Made by a program: the position numbers and the translations under genes | Shown here: piece after piece, positions 56,766-64,000 of the stretch | Numbering within the stretch: the stretch's first letter is position 1 | Layout of the letters: every line of letters starts with the position of its first letter | NCBI GenBank assembly: GCA_045863855.1 | Contig: BTVV01000005.1 | Coordinates: 32,001 to 96,000 of the forward strand | Direction of reading: 5' to 3' | Length of the DNA: 64,000 bases | Origin: Planctomycetota bacterium | Lineage (GTDB): Bacteria; Planctomycetota; SZUA-567; H5-PLA8 | Notes under the pieces: model-generated | Told to the model about the DNA's origin: nothing | The model's input: the letters and a program-made list of their open reading frames with translations, nothing else | The model's database searches: none

Positions 56766-56803
56766 GCATAGTCGCTTTTCCAAGACAGGACACCTAAAGC
56801 CCC

Positions 56804-57655
56804 ATGTCTGAAATCGAACTCGCCTGCCACCTTTCGCCGTGGGGGCAGCACGGCATGATTAACGCGCTCTCGGATATCGAGAGCGCGGGCTTCAAGGGCA
56901 TCGAACTGCCCGCGATCGTCGTGGAGCAATTCGAGGACCGCGTGCAGGTCTTCAACGAGATCCTATTGGAGCATCACATTCAGCTCGTCGCGATCACCGC
57001 CGGCGGCAGCAAGTGGCCGGGGATGAACCTGGACGAGGAAGTCGAGCGCTGCCTTAATATCGCGCGCTTCCTGAAATCGGCCGGCGCGCGGGTGCTGTGC
57101 CTGTACCCGCCCAAGCCGAACCCCGAGCATCCCATCGAAGATGAGTTGGACCTGATGCCGGCCGCGACGGCGTACGGCGAGATCGCGCGCCGAACCCTCG
57201 AGCAGGACGTCATTACCTGCATCCACCCCGAATTCGGGACCCTGGTCGAGGACGAGAAGACGCTGGAGAAGTTCAATCAGATGGCCGATCCGGAGGCCCT
57301 GAAGCTCTGCCTCGACGTCGGCTGGCTGGCCGAGGCCGGCCTTTCGCTCACCGGCTTCGTGAAGTCGTACAAGAAGAAGCTGGGGCTCGTCCACCTTAAG
57401 GACTTGAAGTTCAAGAAGGGCAAGATCGCCAAGCCGCACAAAGAGAAGGGCAAGGAAGACCCGCGCCCGCACGCCGTCGAACTGGGCAAGGGCGGGCTGG
57501 ATCTCGAAGCTTACGTCGATGCGCTACTGGTCGCCGAATTCTCCGGCTGGGCCACGGTGGAGTTCGATCCGCCCGAGGAGCCCGGCCGCACGCTGCGCAG
57601 CCTCGCCAAAGCCTGCCACGACTACGCCGAACACACCCTCGACCTGGTGCTGTAA
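56804..57655 (+). CDS. Sugar phosphate isomerase/epimerase (xylose isomerase-like TIM barrel, IolE-like)
   Basis: AGFKGIEL, IHPE, LCLDVGW, VHLKD, ELGKGGLD, FSGWATVE. Confidence 0.85.
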   Translation: MSEIELACHLSPWGQHGMINALSDIESAGFKGIELPAIVVEQFEDRVQVFNEILLEHHIQLVAITAGGSKWPGMNLDEEVERCLNIARFLKSAGARVLCLYPPKPNPEHPIEDELDLMPAATAYGEIARRTLEQDVITCIHPEFGTLVEDEKTLEKFNQMADPEALKLCLDVGWLAEAGLSLTGFVKSYKKKLGLVHLKDLKFKKGKIAKPHKEKGKEDPRPHAVELGKGGLDLEAYVDALLVAEFSGWATVEFDPPEEPGRTLRSLAKACHDYAEHTLDLVL

Positions 57656-57803
57656 CCCAGGGCCGGGTTCGCGGGCGGCTTCGGAAAGCCGCCCTGTGCC
57701 GCCGCATGGCTTAAGCCCTAACCGCGTGGCGCTACCCGCGCCCGCTTGCGATCCGTGCACATAGCGTCTTGACCGGATTCCCGAAACGGGCGAACATCAA
57801 GGC

Positions 57804-58793
57804 ATGCGCTTTCTCTTCATCTGCATCCCATGGACGCTGCTGCTTCTTGCCGCGGCCGCACAGGCCGGCGAAGGCGAGGCCGCGGATCTGCGCCTGCGTT
57901 TGGCGAAGGACGCTCAGATTCGTTACGCGTGGGATATCGAATACGGCACGCAGAGCAAAGGGACCGAGCGCGGCAAGCCTCTGGACCTGCGCGTCGACAA
58001 GGACCTGAAGCTTAACGTGCGCCTGCAGGGGATCGTTCCGCCGTCGCAGGCGCCGATCGGAGCGAGTTTGCGCTTCGACCGCTTCGAACTGGAAGAGAGG
58101 CGCAAAGTAGGCGAGGCGCTCCAGTCGCGCCTGCGCGTCGACCGGCGCCAGATTTTCCTCGAAGAGAACGGGAAGGTGCAGATCGACAGCCTGAACGACA
58201 TCGGTCTGGAGAAGATCACCGATTATCAGCGCAACCTGCGCGGACTGGAACGGCATGAGGTCCACCTGGGCTTCGAGTCCACGGGCAAGCAGGCGCACGT
58301 GGCCGGCGACACGCAGCTCGTGGAGACGCTGTACGGGCACAGTTCGCAGGGGCTCTTCCCGGTCTTGGCGGGACAGGAAGTGAAACCGGGTGAGGGTTGG
58401 ACCGACGCGTTCGGGATTCCGATGCTGGGCGAGTTGAAGCTGGACGAGCCGGCAAAGGTGACTTCGCGCTTAAAGTTCGCGGGCTGGATGAAGAAAGACG
58501 GCAAGGCGCTGGCGCTGGTGGACGTGGTTTCGTTCTGGGAGAGCACCGACCTGCGCGGACGCGACGAGGCGGGTCTGGAGGTGACGATCACGCGGCTGGA
58601 CGGAATGGGCGCGGGCACCTGCACGTTCGATCCGGTAGCGGGCGCGTTCGAAGAAGGCACGATGACGTTCCAGCTCAAGTACCGCCTGGAAGGCCGGCGC
58701 GAAGGCGAGAAGACGGAACTCGAAGTGGAAGGCAAATCGCGGACGAAGTTCAAGCGCGTGGAACTGGGCGAGGCCGGACCGAAGCCGGAGTAG
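57804..58793 (+). CDS. Exported hypothetical protein
   Basis: Signal peptide (LLLLAAAAQA); beta-rich; EVKPGEGW, FDPVAG motifs. Confidence 0.72.
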   Translation: MRFLFICIPWTLLLLAAAAQAGEGEAADLRLRLAKDAQIRYAWDIEYGTQSKGTERGKPLDLRVDKDLKLNVRLQGIVPPSQAPIGASLRFDRFELEERRKVGEALQSRLRVDRRQIFLEENGKVQIDSLNDIGLEKITDYQRNLRGLERHEVHLGFESTGKQAHVAGDTQLVETLYGHSSQGLFPVLAGQEVKPGEGWTDAFGIPMLGELKLDEPAKVTSRLKFAGWMKKDGKALALVDVVSFWESTDLRGRDEAGLEVTITRLDGMGAGTCTFDPVAGAFEEGTMTFQLKYRLEGRREGEKTELEVEGKSRTKFKRVELGEAGPKPE

Positions 58794-58939
58794 GTTTGGG
58801 CTTCAACCGCCGAACGCCAAGCACCCCACAAGCGGTAACATGCCAAGGGCCAGGCTTCGGCCGCGATTCCGGGGCGCCGCTTGACCCTCACGGCGGTAAG
58901 CGCGTATCCTAATCGAACGAGGCGGGACGGAGATTCGAG

Positions 58940-59692
58940 ATGGCCGGGCATTCACATGCGGCGAACGTGGCCGTGCGCAAGGGCAAGCAGGACCGCCTGC
59001 GCGCGCGTGTCTTCGGCCGCCACAGCAAGAACCTGATGATCGCGGCGCGCGACGGCCCCGATCCGAATTTCAATTTCTCGCTGCGCCACGCGATCGAGAA
59101 GGCGCGCGCGGACTCGATGCCCAACGACAAGATCGAGCACGCGATCAAAAAGGGCTCGGGACAGATCGAGGGTGTGCGCGTCGAGGAGTTCATGATCGAA
59201 GGCTACGCGCCGGGCGGCGTGGCGCTCTTGATCGACTGCATTTCCGACAACCCGCAGCGCACGCGCCCCGAAGTGGGGAATATTCTGGACAAGAACAACG
59301 CGAAGCTGGCGGCGAGCAACGCGGTGAAATGGATGTTTCAGCGCAAAGGGCTCTTCGCGGTCCCGGTGGCGAAGATCGGCGAAGAGCAGTTGATGGAACT
59401 GGTGCTGGAAGCCGGCGCCGACGACATGATCCGCAGCGACGACGTGTACGAAGTCACGACCGCGATGGAAGCCTTCGATTCGGTGCGCAAAACCCTGGAG
59501 CAGGCCGGCGTCGAGACGACGGTCGCGGAATTGAAGTACCTGCCCAACACCGAGTGCGAAGTCGACGGCGCCACGGCGGCGCGGATCTTCAGCCTGATCG
59601 AGAAGATCGAGGACCACGAGGACGTGAACGCGGTGCATACGAACCTGGCGTACACGGACGAAGTGTTGAAGGCGCTGAAAGAAGGCGCGTAG
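58940..59692 (+). CDS. yebC: YebC/PmpR family protein
   Basis: MAGHSH, EGYAPGGVA, DNPQRT, WMFQRKG, EDHEDVNAVHTN. Confidence 0.96.
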   Translation: MAGHSHAANVAVRKGKQDRLRARVFGRHSKNLMIAARDGPDPNFNFSLRHAIEKARADSMPNDKIEHAIKKGSGQIEGVRVEEFMIEGYAPGGVALLIDCISDNPQRTRPEVGNILDKNNAKLAASNAVKWMFQRKGLFAVPVAKIGEEQLMELVLEAGADDMIRSDDVYEVTTAMEAFDSVRKTLEQAGVETTVAELKYLPNTECEVDGATAARIFSLIEKIEDHEDVNAVHTNLAYTDEVLKALKEGA

Positions 59693-59822
59693 CGATTGCG
59701 GCTTGTCCGTTCAAACTTGGCGGGGAACGCGGGACCGCGCAGGGTCCGCGCACACAAACGGCCGCAGCGTCCGGATGCTTGAACTTCGAAGGTTTACCTT
59801 TTAACTCGTTCGCGGGGCGCTC

Positions 59823-60338
59823 ATGCCCGTAACGCCCACGCATCGCTACATCGGCATCGACCCCGGCACGCAGGTCGCCGGCTGGGGCATCGTCGAAAGC
59901 CAGGGCTTGAACTTGAAGCTCGTGGCGTGCGGCGTGTTGCGCGGACCGGCACGGGGCGAGATGGGCGCGCGGCTGAAGGCGATCTTCGAAGCGCTGGAAG
60001 GGGTGCTCGCGCAGTACCGCCCCGAAGCGGCGGGGCTGGAAGAGACGTTCGCAGGGCAGAACCCCAAATCGGCAATCGCGATGGGCCAGGGGCGCGGCGT
60101 GGCCTTGCTGGCGCTCGAACGCGCGGGGATCCCCGTGACCAGCTTGTCACCCAACGAGATCAAGAAGGCCGTCACGGCCAACGGGCACGCGGGCAAGGAT
60201 CTGGTGGCAAAAATGGTCTGCGCGCGGCTGGGGCTGGCCAAGCCACCCGAACCGGCGGACGTGACCGACGCGCTGGCGGCGGCAATCGCCTTGGCGCAGC
60301 GCGCGCCGGCGCAGAGCTGGACCGCGCGGGGCCGCTAA
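59823..60338 (+). CDS. ruvC: Holliday junction resolvase RuvC
   Basis: IGIDPG, LEETF, GQGRGV, IKKAVTANGHAGK, DVTDALAAA. Confidence 0.96.
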   Translation: MPVTPTHRYIGIDPGTQVAGWGIVESQGLNLKLVACGVLRGPARGEMGARLKAIFEALEGVLAQYRPEAAGLEETFAGQNPKSAIAMGQGRGVALLALERAGIPVTSLSPNEIKKAVTANGHAGKDLVAKMVCARLGLAKPPEPADVTDALAAAIALAQRAPAQSWTARGR

Positions 60339-60455
60339 GATCCTAATGCTTTTATTTTTACTACACTATTATATATTTCGGTGTAGTTAAAATTTTCAGG
60401 CTTGGGGCAGACCGTACGTCTGGTGCTCCATTATCCCATTGAAGGAGGCACGGCC

Positions 60456-61694
60456 ATTTCACGCGCGCGCTTCGTTTTCGGATGGAGTCTCTTCTTCGCA
60501 GCTTGTGCGTACGGGACGGAGGCGCCGAAGGCCGGCGGCTTCCTTCTGAAGGAAGGCGACTTGCTGGCGTTTTGCGGCGACTCGATCACGGCCGGGGGCT
60601 TGTACCCGCGCTACGTCGAGGCGTACTTGCGGGCCTGTGCGCCGGTCCCGGGTCTGCGCATCATGAACGTGGGGCGTTCGGGCGAACAAGCGCGTCACTT
60701 CCCGCCTCTGATGGACGGTCTGCTGGCCGCGAAGCCTACGGTGGCGACGATCTGCTACGGGATGAACAGCTCGCGCAGCGCCAAGGTATTGGGCGAGGGC
60801 TCGGCGCAAGGCGAGGCCGCGGCGTTGCGTGCGATCGTGGAAAAGCTGAAGGCCGCGGGGTGCGCACGGATCGTGGTGGCCTCGCCGGGTTGCGTGGATT
60901 CGACGCACTTCGCCCTGGCTCAATCGAAGCCGGCCGATCCGGCGGCGGCGGAAGCAACGAACAAGAATCTGGCTCTGATGGGCACGGCGGCCGAAACGGT
61001 GGCGCGCGAGCATCAGCTTGTTTACTGCGACATCCATCATCCGATGATGGACGCGATGGCGAAAGCCAAGTCCAAGCACGGGACGGCGTTCGCATTCGCC
61101 GGCGGCCCGGGAGACGGCGTACATCCGGGCGGCGCGGGGCACCTCGTGATGGCTTGGGCGCTGCTGAAGGCGCTGGGGTGCGACGGCGCGATCGGCACGA
61201 TCGCGCTGGACCTCAAGAGCGGCAAGGCCGAAGCGGGCGCCGGGCATACGGTGCTTGCGGCGGCGGCGGGGCAGATCGATCTGGAAAGCACGCGCTATCC
61301 GTTCTGCTTCCTGGGCAAACCCGACGACGCCAAGTCGCCGCGGAGCGTCAGCGATCTGATCGCGTTCAACGCCGAACTGAACCGGCTGATCCTGAAGGTC
61401 TCCGGCGCAGCCGGGAAACGCTTTACGGTGACGTGGGGCGCGGCTTCGGCGGAGTTCGACGGCGCGGCGCTGGAACAGGGCATGAACTTGGCGGAAGCGT
61501 TCCCCGAAAATCCCTTCTGCGCGCCGTTCGGGAAGCTGCTGTTCTCGATGGAAGAGCGTGCGACCTGCGAACGCGCGCTGCGCATGGATCATAAGGGCAG
61601 CGCGGCGATGCAGGCGCGGCTGGACAAAGCGCTGGCCGGCCTGACGCCGGTTCCGGTAAAACACACGATCAAGGTGGCGGAGTCCGGGAAGTAA
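60456..61694 (+). CDS. Exported SGNH/GDSL hydrolase
   Basis: FCGDSIT, NVGRSG, CYGMN, GDGVHPGGAGH. Start placed at in-frame ATT 60456 after AAGGAGG; alternative TTG 60402. Confidence 0.85.
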   Translation: MSRARFVFGWSLFFAACAYGTEAPKAGGFLLKEGDLLAFCGDSITAGGLYPRYVEAYLRACAPVPGLRIMNVGRSGEQARHFPPLMDGLLAAKPTVATICYGMNSSRSAKVLGEGSAQGEAAALRAIVEKLKAAGCARIVVASPGCVDSTHFALAQSKPADPAAAEATNKNLALMGTAAETVAREHQLVYCDIHHPMMDAMAKAKSKHGTAFAFAGGPGDGVHPGGAGHLVMAWALLKALGCDGAIGTIALDLKSGKAEAGAGHTVLAAAAGQIDLESTRYPFCFLGKPDDAKSPRSVSDLIAFNAELNRLILKVSGAAGKRFTVTWGAASAEFDGAALEQGMNLAEAFPENPFCAPFGKLLFSMEERATCERALRMDHKGSAAMQARLDKALAGLTPVPVKHTIKVAESGK

Positions 61695-61800
61695 CTCCTT
61701 TAGCTCGAAGTACTCGGCTTACTAGGGCGCTCCCCCTCCCCGCGACTTGCCGCCTCTCGCTCCGGGCGGTACACCGTATCCCGTCAACACGCGCTCGAGG

Positions 61801-62709
61801 ATGCTCATGGCCGAGGCCACGCCGCGGACGGATGCCGCCGCGCCGACGTACCGCTTGCTCACCCGCGCCGATATCCCCGGCGCGCAGCGCCTGCGTGAAC
61901 TGGCCCATTGGAATCAGACCGACCGAGACTGGGAACACCTGCTCGAATTCGAACCCCTGGGCTGCTTTGCCGCCGAGTACGCGGGGCAATTGGCGGGCAC
62001 CGCGACAACGACGCGCTTCCTGCCCGCCGCGGGCGCGGGGAGCTTCGGCTGGGTCGGGATGGTGCTGGTCGATCCCGGGATCCGGCGCATGGGCATCGGC
62101 TCGACGTTGCTCAAGCGTTGCATCGCGTACCTCGAAGGCGCCGGGGTCGAGACGGTACGGCTGGATGCGACGCCGATGGGCAAGAAGGTCTACGATCAGC
62201 TCGGATTCGCCGACGAGTACGGCTTGGAGCGCTGGGAAGGCACGGCGCGGGGAACGTTTCCGGCGGCGAGCGTTTGCACGGTGGAAGCGCTGACGGCCGA
62301 ACGCCTGGACGGTGTGGCGGCGTGGGATCGCGAGGTCTTCGGCGCGGACCGGGTGCGCGTTCTGGCGGCGTGGCGTGCGGACTGGCCGGAGTGCGCGCTC
62401 GCGGCGTACGCGGGCGGGACGCTGGCGGGCTACGCGCTGGCGCGGCGCGGTTCGCGCTTTCAGCAGATCGGTCCCATCGTGGCCGCGTCGCCCGTCGTAG
62501 CCGAGGGGTTGTTGCAGGCGCTCTTGCACCGGCTGTCGGGGCAGCCGGTGATCGTGGACTTCGTAACGTCGAACGCGTGGACGGCGGAGCTTCTGGCTCG
62601 GAGCGGATTGGCGCAGCAGCGCCCATTCATCCGTATGGCCAAGGGGCCCAACCGGTCGCCTGGAAATCCGGGGCCGATCCTGGCGATCACGTGCCCGGAA
62701 TTAGGCTGA
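61801..62709 (+). CDS. Tandem GNAT acetyltransferase (YitH-like)
   Basis: WNQT, WVGMVLVDPGIRRMGIGSTL, RLDATPMGKKVYDQLGF, FGADR, QIGPIVA, PELG. Confidence 0.88.
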   Translation: MLMAEATPRTDAAAPTYRLLTRADIPGAQRLRELAHWNQTDRDWEHLLEFEPLGCFAAEYAGQLAGTATTTRFLPAAGAGSFGWVGMVLVDPGIRRMGIGSTLLKRCIAYLEGAGVETVRLDATPMGKKVYDQLGFADEYGLERWEGTARGTFPAASVCTVEALTAERLDGVAAWDREVFGADRVRVLAAWRADWPECALAAYAGGTLAGYALARRGSRFQQIGPIVAASPVVAEGLLQALLHRLSGQPVIVDFVTSNAWTAELLARSGLAQQRPFIRMAKGPNRSPGNPGPILAITCPELG

Positions 62710-62787
62710 CGACCGTTCTTTGAATGGGGTAACTCGCTACCTTGAAAGAAGTTAGCTCGGAAACCCCGCGCACCGGTGCAAACCTCA

Positions 62788-62813
62788 TGCAAGTTTCTTG
62801 CCTACCTCTCGTT
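62788..62813 (+). promoter_or_regulatory. Candidate ECF-type autoregulatory promoter
   Basis: TGCAAG-N16-CGTT upstream of the ECF sigma gene; resembles TGAAAC-N16-CGT ECF promoters. Confidence 0.4.
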
Positions 62814-62893
62814 AGCCTCATAGCCGAAGGGACCTGCGGGTTCCGACGGCGCGGCGGTCGCAGGATTGGCCGCCGGGGCGGAAGGTAGCGCTC

Positions 62894-63430
62894 GTGGCGC
62901 GGGACGATACGCCTGAGCCCGGGATGGGCGACCTCCGCCATTTCGACCAATGGGTGCAGGAGCATCAGCAGAGCGTTTACACGTACATCCTGCGGATGAT
63001 CGGGAACGCGCAGGATGCCGAGGACTTGACGCAGGATGCGCTGATGCAGACGTACCGGACCAAAGCGCGGGTGGCTCCGGAATCCGGTGGGTACTTGAAG
63101 TGGTGCTTCCGGATTTCGCGGAATCTGGTGATCGACTACCGGCGCAAGAAGCGCCCGCGGGGTGCGGAAGAAGAAGAGCTTGAGCGCGCGGTGGACGCGC
63201 GGTCGCTGCGGCCCGAGGAAGTGTACGAGCATCGGGTGAAGGGCGGCGAACTGCGCGAGGAACTGCTGGCGCTGCCGGAGAAGTACCGCGAGGCGCTGTT
63301 GCTGCGGTACCAGGTGGATCTGAGCTACGAAGAGATCGCTCAGGTGATGGACGTACCGGTGACGACGGTGGAAACGCGTATTCATCGGGCGAAGAAGATG
63401 CTGCGCGAACGGCTTTCGCGCCGCAGTTAA
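62894..63430 (+). CDS. ECF sigma-70 factor (SigW/RpoE-like)
   Basis: DAEDLTQDA...WCFRISRNLVIDYRRK...LPEKYREALLLRY...SYEEIAQVM...TVETRIHRAK. Confidence 0.93.
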   Translation: MARDDTPEPGMGDLRHFDQWVQEHQQSVYTYILRMIGNAQDAEDLTQDALMQTYRTKARVAPESGGYLKWCFRISRNLVIDYRRKKRPRGAEEEELERAVDARSLRPEEVYEHRVKGGELREELLALPEKYREALLLRYQVDLSYEEIAQVMDVPVTTVETRIHRAKKMLRERLSRRS

Positions 63431-63520
63431 AGACGAGGGCGATGCACGGCGCGTGACGCGGCGGGCATCGAAATAAATGAAAGGGCTCGCACGGGGGTGC
63501 GGGCCGGGAACGGGCAGGTT

Positions 63521-64000
63521 ATGAGCGAGACGCCAACTTCTATCGAACCGGCGGCGCCGGCTCCTCTGGACGAGCTGGAGCTGCAGCGCTTCATCGACGC
63601 GCGCCTGGACGAGTCGAGTCAGGCGGCGTTGCAGGCGCGGTTGAAGGCCGATCCGGCTGCGCGGCGGTCGCTGGATGCGCTGCGCGAAGAAGACGCGCTG
63701 ATGCGCGGTGCGCTGGAAACGCTGAGCGAACCCCAAGGCAAGCTGGGCGAAAAGATTCTCGCCACCCTTTACGACGAACAACGGCAGCGCATGCGGCTGG
63801 AGCGCGCTCGCGTCTTCCGCCGGCGGCTGGTCTGGTCGGTGGCGAGCGCGGCGGCGGTGATGCTGGCGCTGCTGTTGATCAAGCCGCGCGAGGAAGCGGG
63901 CGCGGTGGTGGCCGGTTCGGGCGTGGGGCTGCTGCAGAAAGACGGCTCCGTGGCGGCACTGGAACGGACGCAGCGCTTCTACGAGGGCGACACGCTGGTG
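63521..64000 (+). CDS. Anti-sigma factor (partial), possibly with a FecR-like C-domain
   Basis: Manual translation: ...LQRFIDARLDESSQAALQARLKADPAARR...; TM LVWSVASAAAVMLALLLI; ends ...FYEGDTLV at the window edge. Confidence 0.75.
   Translation, partial: MSETPTSIEPAAPAPLDELELQRFIDARLDESSQAALQARLKADPAARRSLDALREEDALMRGALETLSEPQGKLGEKILATLYDEQRQRMRLERARVFRRRLVWSVASAAAVMLALLLIKPREEAGAVVAGSGVGLLQKDGSVAALERTQRFYEGDTLV

Noticed and set aside
57673..57694. Perfect hairpin GGGCGGCTT-CGGA-AAGCCGCCC
   Set aside because: No U tract on either strand; may be an mRNA-stabilising stem but is not supportable as a terminator
1..64000. CRISPR arrays, IS elements, integrases, prophage or defence systems
   Set aside because: No regularly spaced direct repeats and no transposase, integrase, phage or recognisable defence motifs seen by eye

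Overview
High-GC bacterial chromosomal window. The gene content points to a Planctomycetota-like organism (inference): short PheT lacking the B2 domain, aroD-aroE fusion, three ECF sigma/anti-sigma pairs, and many exported HEAT/STN/VIT-vWA proteins. Housekeeping genes: pheT(partial)-pheS-rplT-rpmI, clpS, aroDE, maf, yraN, tatD, clpP-pncA-like-nadE, yebC-ruvC. I found no rRNA, tRNA, CRISPR array, transposase or prophage. Most interesting accessory items: (1) a translationally coupled triplet of TMTC-like GT-C/TPR membrane glycosyltransferase paralogs; (2) three co-oriented exported STN-like-domain proteins, two with a CxxC-less thioredoxin-like domain, and no secretin or TonB receptor nearby; (3) a MacB-type ABC transporter paired with a His-ligand-degenerate ZnuA-like lipoprotein and a His-motif membrane protein; (4) a ZAS anti-sigma fused to a prenyltransferase-like barrel; (5) a nicotinamidase-like protein with Asp at the catalytic Cys position, coupled to nadE; (6) a stand-alone 6-TM module next to its 7-TM + SAM-methyltransferase paralog; (7) a probable ATT start codon. 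All family calls come from motif recognition by eye; no database searches were run.
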